In this document: positions 21,053 to 33,844 of the stretch, piece after piece
How positions within the stretch are numbered: the stretch's first letter is position 1
Layout: the number at the start of each line of letters is the position of its first letter
IMG/VR virus record: IMGVR_UViG_3300023235_000015
Coordinates: 38,343 to 102,342 of that record
DNA length: 64,000 nucleotides
Origin: a virus
Reading direction: 5' to 3' (one strand)
The notes under the pieces: generated by a model
Databases searched by the model: none
Told to the model about the DNA's origin: nothing
Seen by the model: only the letters and a program-made list of their open reading frames with translations
Program-made: the position numbers and the translations under genes

Positions 21053-21867
21053 ATAAAGTTTTTTCTCTAAACAGAAAAGACCTCAATACTTTAAATTTAG
21101 CTAACGTCAAAATTGATGTAGAATCTGGTAACCCTTACCGTAATGCTGGTACAGGTAAGTTTGGGTTTGAGTTACCCGGCGTTTCTATTCTTATGGGAAA
21201 AAGTTTTTTAAAGGGAATGAACACAGAAGCTAAGAATGCTTTAGCTAATAGAGTAAAGATAACTAACGCTAGACAAATGGGTATTAGGCAGGACGAATCA
21301 ACTGGAGAGCTTATAGTCGTCCTAGCCAACGATGGGCGAATCATAGACTCCTTCACCTTGCCCCCTCCCGACCCCGTAGAGGGCAATTCACCAGATACAG
21401 GACCAGAGACACAGGGAGAGCGTGGAAAGCCTTACGAGGCCGCATTTGACCAGTCCGATGAGATACTTAGGGACGCAATTTTAGATGCGGCACGAAACTT
21501 AAATCTTGGGGAAGAACAAGTAATAGCCGCAGTAGAAGCTCGTATTGGCCGTGAGCTAACTGACGCTGAGAAATTTCAGCTAGGAGAAGAAATTACGCGC
21601 CAACGTATTGAAGATTTGGTTCAATACCTGTACTCTAACAGTACGGACGAAAATACTGATGGCATAGTACGCATTAGAACGCCTAGAGGTTACCTTAGAC
21701 GAACGTTCGCAGGACTTGACAAGGTACAGGCTGAAAAGGTTCTAAACCGCCTAAAGGCTATGGGCCTAGACGATGAGACTATTGACAATAAAATAATTTC
21801 AGGTATGTCTAAGAAGCTAAAAAAAGAATTAGGCTATGTAAAGGAAGAACAAAAAAATGAAGGATGA
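21049..21867 (+). CDS. Hypothetical protein, possibly virion-associated
   Basis: NPYRNAGTGKF resembles the NPYHDxxGRF motif seen in phage head-associated proteins. Confidence 0.45.
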   Translation: MNKVFSLNRKDLNTLNLANVKIDVESGNPYRNAGTGKFGFELPGVSILMGKSFLKGMNTEAKNALANRVKITNARQMGIRQDESTGELIVVLANDGRIIDSFTLPPPDPVEGNSPDTGPETQGERGKPYEAAFDQSDEILRDAILDAARNLNLGEEQVIAAVEARIGRELTDAEKFQLGEEITRQRIEDLVQYLYSNSTDENTDGIVRIRTPRGYLRRTFAGLDKVQAEKVLNRLKAMGLDDETIDNKIISGMSKKLKKELGYVKEEQKNEG

Positions 21868-22286
21868 TATTAGTGGAAGCTAAGTTAACTCCACAACAAG
21901 AGGGAGTAGAGTTTGAAAAAAGATTTGCTGCTAAATTTAAAGGCGCATTAGTCCCTAGAAGTGGCGCGGGAATTTATCACAAACTTGATGTTAGGGACAG
22001 CAAATTTCTTTGGAGCTTAAAGTATACATCTAAGAAATCGTTTAGCATTACACAAAAAATTTGGGATGAAGTACACGATGAGGTTTATGGGCCGGGAGGA
22101 TTAGGGCTTGACTTCATGCCGGGATTAGCCATTGAGCTAGAGGGGGAGACATACGCCTTTCTAAAGATGGATGATCTTGTAGACCTACTAGAGAGTGACG
22201 TAAAGGTATTCAAAGCAGATAAGAAAACTGAGAAACGCGCTCTAGCGGCAGTTCCTAGATTACTTAGAACTCAACAAGAAGATTAG
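21864..22286 (+). CDS. PD-(D/E)xK nuclease, Hjc-like resolvase fold
   Basis: GVEFEKR...PRSGA...LDV...SLKYT pattern. Confidence 0.6.
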   Translation: MILVEAKLTPQQEGVEFEKRFAAKFKGALVPRSGAGIYHKLDVRDSKFLWSLKYTSKKSFSITQKIWDEVHDEVYGPGGLGLDFMPGLAIELEGETYAFLKMDDLVDLLESDVKVFKADKKTEKRALAAVPRLLRTQQED

Positions 22287-22419
22287 AAACACAAACTTGA
22301 GCGACCTAATCTATTCCGCCCGACAAGGGATTAGATAACGCTCTTGCATCAACTGCTTATAACATAATAATAGACTAGGATTCCTTCTCCTGACTATTAG
22401 CAAAGCAGACAGATGCAAT

Positions 22420-22463
22420 AAAAAAGCCCCGGTTCACTATGCCTAAAGTGACCGGGGCTTTTC
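22420..22463. terminator. Bidirectional intrinsic terminator between converging gene blocks
   Basis: AAAAAA-GCCCCGGTTCACT-loop-AGTGACCGGGGC-TTTT at the +/- strand switch. Confidence 0.85.
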
Positions 22464-22479
22464 CTTTCTATGTCAAATA

Positions 22480-22950
22480 TTACTTTACTTTCTGCTGCTT
22501 TTTTAGGTAAGCGATACCTTCATCAAATGCTCTGAGAGTTTCCTTGTGAGCTTTGTTACGTGATCCTTGATCATTGATTTCCTGAATATTATCTAATTCA
22601 AAAGGCCATTCAAATTGTTCCTCGCCCCAATAATCATCATCATCTGGCGGCGCGTTTTCATATGCGTCGTCATTGATATGCCCTAGAGAACGATTTAGGG
22701 AGTTAATAGCAATTGATCCATCAATGATGGTATCCGCCGCCAGATAAATAGCTCCTTCCGCACACACTCTACATACCTTATCTTCTAGTGAACACGCAAA
22801 CCGTTCTTCAATCACTTTTAGCTCATTATAATCACTTGGATTATCAGAGTAGTCTAGTCCTTCTGTAATGCTCTTTTCCTTTACTGTACCACCATCAAAC
22901 CAACTACCCTGTACCCAATACTGCTTGTCAGAGATAATGTCACGCGCCAC
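22480..22950 (-). CDS. Hypothetical phage protein; probable true start at 23066 is out of frame
   Basis: WVQGSW...CAEGAI motif. The frame stays open upstream to about 23058, and an RBS plus ATG lies at 23066 in another frame. Confidence 0.55.
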   Translation of the reverse strand: MARDIISDKQYWVQGSWFDGGTVKEKSITEGLDYSDNPSDYNELKVIEERFACSLEDKVCRVCAEGAIYLAADTIIDGSIAINSLNRSLGHINDDAYENAPPDDDDYWGEEQFEWPFELDNIQEINDQGSRNKAHKETLRAFDEGIAYLKKQQKVK

Positions 22951-24164
22951 TTCAAGTGTAGCTAGAACCCGAGTCTGTTCTTTACGCTTACCCTTAATAA
23001 ATGAACGTCCCTTAGAGACTAGACCAGCTAGCTTCTTGCTGCTTGTGCTTTTGTCTGCTTAATCATAATACCTTTCTTAGTTATCGTATCTGTCTATTAG
23101 TTCTAACAATTTTTATGACGGCCAAAACAATCCTGAAATAAATCCTGAAATAAACACAATCAGGAACAGCGTAAAATAATAAGTATCTACTTTATTAAGC
23201 ATTAATTACCTCCATTTTTTTGTGTTGGATAAATAATAAAATCGTGGCCCATATTATCCCAACCAATAGTCATATCAGTCGCTCTAATACCAACTTGAAT
23301 ATCCTCTACCACAATAGACGGCCCGCTGTAAAACCATCTACCATTGTAATGAATAGGCTCGTATCCATTAGACTTTACATCACTAATAAATCGCTTGTAG
23401 TTTTCATCTTCATAGTCGTCAACATTTACAATTTTATCGCCATCTTCATTTAACTCATCAGTCATTATATTCCTTTAGAAAGTTGCCCTCAATCATATCA
23501 GCAATATCATTAAAGCTTGCTTGCTGTCCATCATTCCAATTAGAAGCAGAATGAGCTTCCTCGCCATTTTCGCTTACTAGCATGGGATCATGTTGATTAG
23601 CTTTTAGCCCTAGCCAATCAACAACTACACTAGGCAAAGCTGTAGAATAAAAATCCTCCTCTGTACCAAATCTGTCAGATGTTTCCCATCTATAATCGTC
23701 TGTTAGGTCGCCTGACTTTAGAGCAATATCACAAGCAACTCCTAGACAACAGTATTTTTCATTAATTCTAAGAGCGCCGTCAATCTGCTCATAGTCACCA
23801 GACCTTAGAGCTTTTACCCATTCTTGAATGTTGTTTTTGTTAACCATTATTCTCCTTATCCAACCAGCTAGCGTTTGTAATATTTTCATTATCACTAATA
23901 AAGAATTGTAGGGTTCCCTTAACTGAAGCGGCGGGCGCAATACCTAGAGTAATTTCAGGCCCATAGTTTATTCTAATTTCTCTAAGAGAAGTAAGTATAA
24001 TACTTGTTGGCCTACAGTTATCAATCAGTTCTCTAGCAATATCAGCAGTTAATCTTTTTTCATCAGTATCTAATTCGTAAGTTACTTCTGAATGTTGTTT
24101 TGGTTTAGACTTTACGTACGTTGTTTCAAAAGGCATTATTTTTTCTTTCATTTTTTTTATAAAT

Positions 24165-24368
24165 TTAGTTTGAATTAGAATCACGTTGCTTCATACCCAA
24201 GCCACCAGCAGTACCTAATTCAACTTTAGAATATATTTTCATACCCGAGTAGTAACGAACAGACTTCTTGTTACACTTAGGGCAAGTTACCTCACTAGGT
24301 ATCTTATCATGACTGCAAGCAATTTCCGTTATGTGATTATTGATACATAAAAAATCATAACGCGGCAT
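24165..24368 (-). CDS. FmdB-like zinc-ribbon protein
   Basis: MPRYDFLC..NH..E...CPKC pattern. Confidence 0.65.
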   Translation of the reverse strand: MPRYDFLCINNHITEIACSHDKIPSEVTCPKCNKKSVRYYSGMKIYSKVELGTAGGLGMKQRDSNSN

Positions 24369-25412
24369 ACAGATTCACAAATTCCTCATAGGTATGTTCC
24401 GCGCCATCTGGTGTTTCTACTCTCTGCTTATCGCCAGAGTAACCAGCGTACAGTTCAATGTCAGTAGCGGTACTGCTATCCTGATAGTTCCTAGAAATAC
24501 CAATACCAGTCTCACCCTCAATATCGCCCTTTACGAACTCGCTGATGATGATTCTGATTAGATAAGACGGATCACTCCATCTACTCTTACCGCGCTTTAG
24601 AGCGTTGGCTAGAGTATTTTCAATATTGTATCCACCCCAATGAGTGTATAGGTGGATTGGCTTATCAAAATAACTAAGCTCTCCATTTTCATAATACTCT
24701 TCAAAAATAAGTACCTGTGCTCTGTCTCCCATCACTGCTCCTTATCTACGTATACTGTTTCTATTTGAATATGGGTATCTACATCTTCATCTAGCACCCT
24801 GTACGGGCCGAAGATTTTAATTACTTCTTCTGCTTTTGTATTCCAATTAGTATCAATGTAGCCAACCATTAAAGTACGAGGTTTATCGCCACTATACGTT
24901 TTTACAGCTTCCTGTGGTGAGTCAGCTTCAATATGTTCACCATCCCAATGATTAAAAAGTTTTTCTCCAAAATCTTCCTGAAGGGAAAATAGCATATACT
25001 TACTCATAAACTTCCTTTCTAACTATAACTTGATGATATAAGCCAAGTGGGATTTTCCCACTTAACAATTTCTTTTTCTTTAGCCCATCTATTACAAATT
25101 TGTATTTCTTGTGGTGTAGGGCCAAGAATACTATTTGTAAAACTAGAAGTACCTTTTTCTAGTTTTTCTGCTACCTGATAATTACTCCAATAATAACCTT
25201 TTACAGCTAGTCCATAGTAAAACCATCCATCCCCACCCTGAGAAACTAGCTGAAACGGACAATCTTGTTCTAATTCTAAATTATAAGCATAATCGCTAAA
25301 GCTGCCATATTTTTCTTCCATAGCTTCAAATTCTTCATATGGTTTTTCTCCAAACCAACTATCCCACCAGTCATCGCCAGCTATTCCATAAAATAAAATA
25401 CCACTAGCACTA

Positions 25413-26207
25413 CTACCCATTATATTCAACTCCAAACCATTCTGAAATATCGTTTTGAAAATTCTCGCTAATGTATCGCACATCGTCTAAGATAATCTTT
25501 GTCATTACTCTATTGCCACGATGATCATATAGAGGGTAGGCTGTACGTAGAACGTAGCCCTCAATCTCTTTATTGCCAACGTGGTCATGTAGTATAGCAG
25601 GTTCTCCCTCGTCTGCTAGGTCAATGGCAAGTAGCATATCTGAGATTACGTTAGGGATCGTTTGAGTACCCTCTAGGCTGTTGACAATGGGTATACCAAG
25701 ATCGCTTAGGATCGCTCTAGTATCGTCTGCTGATACGTAATGGCCTTCAACACGAACATCAAAGCCAACAAACTCATTTTTGCCCTCATTAGACTCAGGG
25801 AAATATTCGCCGCCATTTTGAATCTTGTGACCATAACCTTCACCATAAATAGTGATAGGAGTATCACCAAACTTTTGTTCAATGATTTGTTCAAATTCAG
25901 GTGTGCCATAGTTTTCTTCAAGAAAGACACGTAGCTTACCCTGTAGATTAGATGTATCTAAAGTATTCTTAGAACCAAATGTAACACGGTTCCCATCCCA
26001 AATAATGCGAGTGTTAGTTCCATCAATTTTTTCTTGAACAATCCACTGAGCATTTAGTAGAAACTCAATTGCCTCATTGCCAAATAAGTAAGGCGCAATA
26101 CCATGAGTTTCAGGCGAACGCTTAAATAAGTTTTGAATCTTATTATATTTTGGTGCTGCGATTTCAACATCAGTCATATGGAGTTTCCTCGCCGTCAATA
26201 AATTCAA
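25413..26207 (-). CDS. ATP-dependent RNA ligase, Rnl2-like nucleotidyltransferase
   Basis: Motif I EKIDGTN, III YGEGYG, IIIa FVGFDV, IV EGYVLR, V TKI. No OB domain. Start probably 26177. Confidence 0.75.
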   Translation of the reverse strand: MNLLTARKLHMTDVEIAAPKYNKIQNLFKRSPETHGIAPYLFGNEAIEFLLNAQWIVQEKIDGTNTRIIWDGNRVTFGSKNTLDTSNLQGKLRVFLEENYGTPEFEQIIEQKFGDTPITIYGEGYGHKIQNGGEYFPESNEGKNEFVGFDVRVEGHYVSADDTRAILSDLGIPIVNSLEGTQTIPNVISDMLLAIDLADEGEPAILHDHVGNKEIEGYVLRTAYPLYDHRGNRVMTKIILDDVRYISENFQNDISEWFGVEYNG

Positions 26208-26532
26208 TCGTCATAGACTTGACGCGCCTACCCCAACTATTAGTTTCAGATTCTTCAGCATACTCAACGTATACAGGATAAGAACCATCACCATAACCCG
26301 TAGCACAAACTACAGCGGCTCCATAATCGCCTAGTACGCCTGCGTTATCCTTACTCATAGACGCATTACAAGCGCCCTCATAATTAAGGGGATATGGACC
26401 TTCTCTATTCTCCCCAATATCAAGCCCATTGCTCCTATCATCAGTAAAACTATCATCAGTAACATAACACGGATCAGAAAGCATCATCTGGCCGCTATCT
26501 ACACCAATATGTCCAATTAGTTTTCTACTCAT
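26170..26532 (-). CDS. DUF4241-like protein
   Basis: GVDSGQ...DPCY and TGYGDGSYPVY motifs. Confidence 0.55.
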   Translation of the reverse strand: MSRKLIGHIGVDSGQMMLSDPCYVTDDSFTDDRSNGLDIGENREGPYPLNYEGACNASMSKDNAGVLGDYGAAVVCATGYGDGSYPVYVEYAEESETNSWGRRVKSMTIEFIDGEETPYD

Positions 26533-29267
26533 AATTCCTTTCTTACTGCCAAGGGTAATTGTTTACAATACCAACCCAAGCTAGAACCGTCCAGCCTGCG
26601 AATGTTACAACTGCTAGGTAAAATGCTAGGTAAATAATATAAAACAAACAACCTAGACAACCTATACCCGTTACTACTCCATTTTCTAAATCAGACATTA
26701 TTATCCTTTCTGATAAACATAATTAGTATAGTCATTTCTTTGCTGCTCTTTTCTTTGCGTTCTTACGAATAGCCTTATCAATAGCCAAAGCACTAAGCTT
26801 GCTAAAGGTTTGAATATCCATAATATCCCACTTTGTATTAGACCTAATATAACTTCTATTGCTCATAATTCCTTTTTTATGGTTTGTCGCTTATTATAAT
26901 TGCTATAGTTATTAAAAGAATCCAAATGTTTAATAACATTGCTTTGATAAAAAATAATTCGTTATTGTACATATTACCAATCTTGTTCTAGATCGCTTGC
27001 ACAATAATTTAGTTCATCTTCTAGAACAGTTACGATTTCTTCTATGTTCTCATGAATACCATTTAGATCATCTTTTGTAATTCCATCAAGCTCATACAAA
27101 AGATCAGCAGCGTCCATTACAATATTTGCCGCTTTACCAACACCCTTAGCAACTTCCCTAATCTCGTAAGGAGAATTGTCTGGTGGATTAAAGTACGGAT
27201 CGTTGTCACTAACACCGGGAGGCAGATTGCCGTTATTTGGGATACCAATACTGTTAGGCATATACTTTCTCCCATTCTCCACTACAATCAGGCTCTACGA
27301 ACTTGTAAGGGCCATGTAGCTCTACAAGCAAACCTTCATCGTAACCAGTACCATACTCAGCAACAGTCCATTCATAGGTTTCTTTTTTAATAGCATAATG
27401 TTCTTTTATTGCGCCAATAGGACTGTCAGCTTCATAAATTTCATCAGTTTCTTTAATAACATTGTCATTAATATTTACAAACAACTTATATCTGTTCATT
27501 AGATTACTTTCTGTAGTAGCTCAATTACCCCATAAATACCCCAACCTAGAGCATTGATAAGGATTAGTATATAAATAAGCATTGCCATCCAAACATTCAA
27601 AGAATAGTCAGCAATAAATCCATCGCCTCTAGGGTTAGTTACATATACTGGTAGACTGTAATTCCATTTACTCATATTTTCCTTTCTACATCTTTTCCAT
27701 AATAGTTTGTAGCTGCTCGCTAATTAAAAATAACATAACATAAACAGAAATCATAAAGCATATTTTTACAAAATTCATTACTTCACAACCCAATCATTTA
27801 GATTTAGTACATCCCAAATTACTTCTCTTACAGCGGTGTCCATTACTTCTCCAACTTCATCATTATAATTAGTTGTAAGGAAACTCGTTACACGTTCAAC
27901 AGCTTCCCAATCAACTTTGCCCCCTGTATATACTAACAGAGAACCTACAATCATGCCAATCGTCTTATTCCCTTCCTCGCTAAACATTTCAAAGCTTTCA
28001 GGAATCTTTTCTTTTACTTTTGTGCTTCCCCAATCATTCATTAGTTCCTTTCAAGAATGGGCCTACATTCCCACTCAACAATTTCTTTTTCTTCGGTTTT
28101 TGTAGGCACATTACTGTAGTCAGGTACTTCGACTGTTTCTGTGCCAACAACTTTCTTTACACAAACTGTTTCTCTATATGTTGACAGACTATACTTCAAA
28201 GTATTCGATAGCGGCTTATGCGCCTTGAAATACTCATCCTTATAATCTTTATCAAAACTACCTAGCTTACTTACCGCGCTACTAAATTTCTCATCTGAGT
28301 ATAGCCAAACATTTGAGCTAATACTAGGGAAAGGTAGATCAGGATTATCTTGGAGAAAGTCGGCCAACAGTCTAAGATCACGAACAGTAGTAATCTTATT
28401 GTTTAGTTCATAAGCTTCCTCTAACTCAGTATAACTAGCCCCAACTTTAGAGCGTGTATCTTCCTTTGGGCTAGTAAGCTCTGTCTTTTCCCAATCAGCA
28501 GTAACTTCTTCAATATCAGATGTTTCAACGTCAGTCATTAGTATGAATTCCCGTCTTTATCTATGCGACTAAATCCGCCGCAAAGTTTATTGATAGTATA
28601 AAAACCATAATTAGTTAGGCTCCAATTACCAAATGCATCTTCTCTAGTATAACCGCGCCTCTGTAGAATCTGAAGCTTACGAAATACTAGCGGTCTAGGA
28701 TAAACCTTATTGAAGTATTCGTGCATCCCTTTAACATCAACTTTGTTATCGTAACCAACTTTGAAGATATAAGCAAGTACAAGTTCATCTGGAATATCAG
28801 CACACTTCATTGGCAGATAAGGATGAGTGATTTTGTTACTCATTATTGCTCCGAATCCTCATTAAGAATTTCCTCTAAAGAAATAATTACATTCTCCAAT
28901 GCTGCAAGTCCACCTTGAAAATGCGCAATTTCATAAGCACTTTTGCCATTAAGTAATTCTTCATATTGTAGCTGATCTGTACCCCATTCAACATTTGTGA
29001 TTAGTTCTTCTAGTAACTGCTCTACTGTATAAGTCATTTGTTATCTCTTTCTTTTTTAGGTAGTACTGTAGCTAAAGCAGCGTAAGCATTAGCTCTACAA
29101 GCATCAACTATTAGATAGCCCGCAGCATTGCCTGACCCTGTAAAGCCAGCGTCAGCTACACTTTTATACTGATTCCAACTAGACCTTCTGCCGTCTAAAT
29201 ACATTTGAGCCATTTCAATTGCTTCTTCTTTAGTTTCACATTTTTCTTCATCCATAACAATCCTTTC

Positions 29268-29756
29268 TTAGAACGACCGTCCGATTAGTATAGCAGGCGT
29301 GGTGCGGTTTAGGCACCACACACCGCTGTTATCCCTCTCGATGTAGTAAACGCGGCTTAGGTTGGCTCTCACCAGCCTCTCAGCGCATCCCTGACAGGGC
29401 CGACTCGATCCCACGTGACCAGTCATGTTCGCATTGAGAGTATATACCAAAATGCTAAGATTAGATTTATCATTAAAATGTCTGATTTTATCTAAAGCAT
29501 CATCCTCAGCATGTATTGAACGTTTCGCGTGGTCAGAATCATCATAGCGAAAATTTAGTGGAATATGAGAAGTACCAGTACTTTCAACGCTTTTAGTTTT
29601 TTCATTAAATATAACAGCGCCAGTTTTAAATGTAAGAATAGTGCTGCGCTTAGCATTTGTGTCAGCATATCTCCATACATAATGATCTAGATACTTAGTA
29701 ATGAGTTCTTCAGGATTCATAATCTTCTTCAAAATCACTTTCAATGTCAAAGTCAA
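29268..29756 (-). CDS. Zinc-dependent cytidine/dCMP deaminase-like protein
   Basis: IHAE and SRPCQGC motifs. Start probably 29720. Confidence 0.8.
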   Translation of the reverse strand: MTLTLKVILKKIMNPEELITKYLDHYVWRYADTNAKRSTILTFKTGAVIFNEKTKSVESTGTSHIPLNFRYDDSDHAKRSIHAEDDALDKIRHFNDKSNLSILVYTLNANMTGHVGSSRPCQGCAERLVRANLSRVYYIERDNSGVWCLNRTTPAILIGRSF

Positions 29757-29954
29757 AGCTTACAGAAATTATGTTAGAAATTTCAGAGCAACTTTGAATT
29801 GTAGCTTCTGCCTCTCGCTTAAGAGGTGCAATTAAATCATCATTGTCTTTGAGAGTTTTTAACGCCTCTTCTTTAAGCATCTGTACAGCATCATACAATA
29901 CGATTGCTTTCTCATAGCTGATAGTTAGTTCTTTTATATCATTTGATTCCATTT

Positions 29955-30326
29955 TTATTTCCATTCCTTTTTGAAATTAGTACCATCATAAAATGATTCT
30001 GATATATTGTCGTGCATGCTAGCTGTGAGTACACTTACGTCATGTTCTTTAGATATAGCTTTTAATAGTTGTTTGCCATATCCTTTACGCCTTTCGCTTT
30101 TACGAGTGTAGAAATTTACTTTATCTCTTGTAACAATAGCCCAAGCCAAAAGCTTTTCATCATTGTCTTTTAGCATGTAAACACGGCCCTTGTTAGAGTA
30201 AGGATAATTTCTAGCTATCACTAATTCATCTAGCATCATACCAGTAGTTCTAAAATTCAGACTTTTACATTTTGTGTAATCATTATAACTTAAATTTTCT
30301 ACGTTTAGCTTCTGTACTTTAGGCAT
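29955..30326 (-). CDS. GNAT-family acetyltransferase
   Basis: Acetyl-CoA motif A (FYT...RRKGYGKQLL) and C-terminal FY. Confidence 0.65.
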   Translation of the reverse strand: MPKVQKLNVENLSYNDYTKCKSLNFRTTGMMLDELVIARNYPYSNKGRVYMLKDNDEKLLAWAIVTRDKVNFYTRKSERRKGYGKQLLKAISKEHDVSVLTASMHDNISESFYDGTNFKKEWK

Positions 30327-31393
30327 TCACTCTCCTAATTGTCATTAGGGTTATGTTTTTTACCATTAGGGCTATATGAACTTTCATGGAGAGAATATTT
30401 ACTTTTATTTATCCAATCCATCCTGCGCTCATAATCTCCTACAATACTTTCAACAACGTCCCAAATAGCCTCCATGTATACTTTAGAGTATTCTGATTGA
30501 GTGGAATCGCTGGTGAACCTTTGTACGGCACGTTTCGCGCCCTCAATCTTTATTTCTGTATCACATTCTGATAATGCTTTATTAAGTGTCATTATTTAAA
30601 TCCTTTTATCCACTGTCGCATTTTTGTGATTTTTAAGCCGGATATTTGAGCGCAAACCTCGCCCGTAGAAGTATTGACAAATTTTGCGTAGTAAGTCCAA
30701 TCTTTAGAATTTTCAGGATCATTTTCTACGCCTGTTTCTATATGATGGCCTTCTTTCATGAGACTACTAAGCTACTTCCTTCTTGGCTCTATCGTTATTG
30801 TGATAAGTTTCTAGCGTGTAAGTACCCTTAAAGCCATCAAAGGACAATACACTGCGCCCCCAACGAAACTTCATATGAGGCGCAACATTATCACCTTCAT
30901 ATTCCTCATGGTATCCATCTACGAAGCCCCACTTTGACATAGCAAGAATCGCCGCGCCAATATTCTTATCAGGATCACTACCATTGAATACGAAACCATT
31001 ACCATTTAGGAATGAATGGTACATATCTAGGTTTGCGTCAATAGCACAACCAATGCATTCATTTCTTTCTCTTACAGTAAGCTCTTTAATTGAACTCATA
31101 TTATACCTTTAGTGTAACGTTGGGGGTGTTATTGACTGCAAATTCATAGATTTGAAAATCATGACGATCAACTAGCATATATCTATTACTAGGTACGTGC
31201 TGCTTATGCTTAATACGGTTTTCAATAATAACAATAGAAACATCTACAGCCTCTTGTACTGTATCGGCTTCAATCCATCCTGCGCCTCCAACAATTGAAA
31301 CAGGGTGATCGTTATAATTCTTGTCATATTCATAATGATCGTTACAAGCATTGTCAAACAACTGGAATCTATTATTAATTAATTCTCTCATAT

Positions 31394-32389
31394 CTAATCT
31401 TTTTTCTTGTATGTATCTTCAGGGGTGTATTCAAAACAAAGGACAGAATCCACAGCTTTTTGAGCCTTACCACTAGCCTGAACAATAAGCTTCTTGTCGT
31501 CCTCTAGCTTACTAATCCATCCATTAATGTAAGCAGTAGAATTAGTCGTCATTTCTTCAGTTTCAATCTCACAAATATTAGTCAAGAAATTGGCTCCAAT
31601 TTCAGCTACCAATTCTTCTTTGCTGTATTTCTCATCGCCAAAGCTATCACCCTTGATTCTATTCAGGCGCGACTCATGACCAGTAGCGTGAATTGACTCA
31701 TGGAAAAGAGTTTTGTAATACTCTTCTTCGCTATGGAATGATTCCTGACTAGGCATTGTAATAGAATCAGTAGACGGACGATAAAAAGCTCTATCGCCAA
31801 GATGCTTAATTTCAGGCTTATCATCCCAATCTACAATAATTTCTTCAGCCCTTTCAATAGGGTTAAATTCAATACCTTCAGGCTTATCAATCTCGATTCC
31901 AAGATTGGTCTGATCAATGTTAAACACGTAAATATACTTCAAGTATGGAATCATAACTTTTTCAGGATCACCATTTTCATCTACTTTGTCTCTACTGTCA
32001 CCCTTAAACATATTCCAATAGGTGATAAGCGTACTCTTTTCGTTCTCAGAAATACCAGTATAAGCATCAGAGTCTTTAACTCGACAAGCCTGCTTATACT
32101 TTTTGTAGCCGTCATTATCGTTTGCGATATTATTACTCTTGCACCAAGCTTTACAAGACAAGCTATCAGCTTGCTTATAAGTAAGCCAAAACGGACTTTC
32201 AAATTCTTTATTAGTTGCTGCAATGTCAAGCAACAGCGGGTTTAGACCCCTGTATGCTTTCTTACTAATGAAATTTCTGTGTGCGCCCAAAGGATTCCAA
32301 GGTTTCTTCCAAGGGATTTTTCCAGATTTGAGCGAATCCACGAAAGCATTAGTGACGCTATCGTATACATCTAGTTTATTCTTAGCCAT
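31394..32389 (-). CDS. ardC: ArdC-like antirestriction ssDNA-binding protein with zincin domain
   Basis: IPWKKPW, YRGLN, WLTYKQ, VFNIDQT, AFYRPSTDSI, HESIHATGH..RL.R and EELVAE motifs. Confidence 0.9.
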   Translation of the reverse strand: MAKNKLDVYDSVTNAFVDSLKSGKIPWKKPWNPLGAHRNFISKKAYRGLNPLLLDIAATNKEFESPFWLTYKQADSLSCKAWCKSNNIANDNDGYKKYKQACRVKDSDAYTGISENEKSTLITYWNMFKGDSRDKVDENGDPEKVMIPYLKYIYVFNIDQTNLGIEIDKPEGIEFNPIERAEEIIVDWDDKPEIKHLGDRAFYRPSTDSITMPSQESFHSEEEYYKTLFHESIHATGHESRLNRIKGDSFGDEKYSKEELVAEIGANFLTNICEIETEEMTTNSTAYINGWISKLEDDKKLIVQASGKAQKAVDSVLCFEYTPEDTYKKKD

Positions 32390-33313
32390 CTTTTATTCAA
32401 ACCTTTCGAGTCAATGGCATTTATAGGATACGGGAAGTATAGCACACTCACCCGCTACAACGTAATGAGGCCGCAAACCTACTCTCAGAGCCAAAATAGC
32501 TCCAAGAGTAAATCTGCGCCACACTATAATATTCTAAATAGAGGACAAAAGACCTCCTACAAACATAATAGCAATAAATAGTGACAGTATTCCGTTATCA
32601 ACCATAGTCATATTGTTCCTTACGCTGCGATAGTTTCTTTACTTCCTTCTACTACTATTATAATTTCATCATGACTAATCATGAATGGGGAATCTTCAAT
32701 AATGCCTGCAATATGAACATGGTTCCCGTTATGTTTATCTACACTAAGAACTTCTCTAGTGTAAACCTCACCATGCGGCAAATATGAAAACTCTATAAAT
32801 TGCCCTTTTTTAATTGTTTTGACGCTTTCCTTGTTCATGGTTCCTCTCTATTGTATTTTTTATGCCAGAGGCATAATCAAGTGCAGCTTTTACACTACAC
32901 TTAATATGCGCCTAAACAGTAACTACATCGCGCTCAGCCCAATAACGAACTTTATTTTTCTCATCATCAATCTTTTTATTGTTGTTATCAATAGATTTCT
33001 TAGCTTCATCTAGCATATGAGGGAAATTAACGTCGCCGTAATACCCCCAACATGAATCAATGAAATTTCCACACTTATCTTCTACAACCCAACCATATAC
33101 TTCGCCTTTAGCCCAAGAGCTAACTTCACCCTTAGAATAGTTATCAAACTCTACGCTAGGGTCGCCAGCATCTTGATCATAGTGAAAGTAGATTGTATGG
33201 TTATTGTATTCTTCACCACTTATTGAGTCAATCATTGTTTTTCTCTCTTTTGTTTTTATATTAGAAGTATAATCAAGTAGTGGATTTCCGCCCACTACTT
33301 AATATACACCTAA

Positions 33314-33844
33314 CTAAACAGGCACACTCTCATTATCCTGTCTTAGAACATCAAACTGCTCTAGTTCAACATCAGCCCAAGTATCAAACGCTTGTGCCAC
33401 AAGAGCAATGTTTTCAGGCAGTTCTACACCAACTACGCCATCATAGTCATCTTCTATAATATCCAAGCCAAGATCATCACAGATATTATGGATGACACTC
33501 TTATCATGAATCATCATTCCCCACGTGCCATAATCATCACTTACGGTTGAATCAAAATTCAGAGCGTTAGCAATAATGCAAGCTTGAGCTTCTTGTGGTG
33601 TACTCATTAGAAGCTCATCAATAACTTCACCCTTACCAGCAACACGAACTTCATTAGCAAACTTTAGAAGCTCATTAATAGAAGCCCTGTTACGGATAGC
33701 ATGTAGATTTTGATAACAACCTTGATTACTTCTAAAGTAAATTTCAAGACTATTACTAACCTCAAACTTTTCTTTGTCTACATAAACTTCGCGGCCACTA
33801 ACAGGATCAACAACAATATGGGTAGGAAAATTACTTTTTAGCAT
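33314..33844 (-). CDS. Hypothetical protein, paralog of 37360..37962
   Basis: Shared VVDPVS.R, AIR.RAS..ELL.FAN..R..G, STP....AC.IANALNF and AFD...D.ELE.F segments. Confidence 0.8.
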   Translation of the reverse strand: MLKSNFPTHIVVDPVSGREVYVDKEKFEVSNSLEIYFRSNQGCYQNLHAIRNRASINELLKFANEVRVAGKGEVIDELLMSTPQEAQACIIANALNFDSTVSDDYGTWGMMIHDKSVIHNICDDLGLDIIEDDYDGVVGVELPENIALVAQAFDTWADVELEQFDVLRQDNESVPV

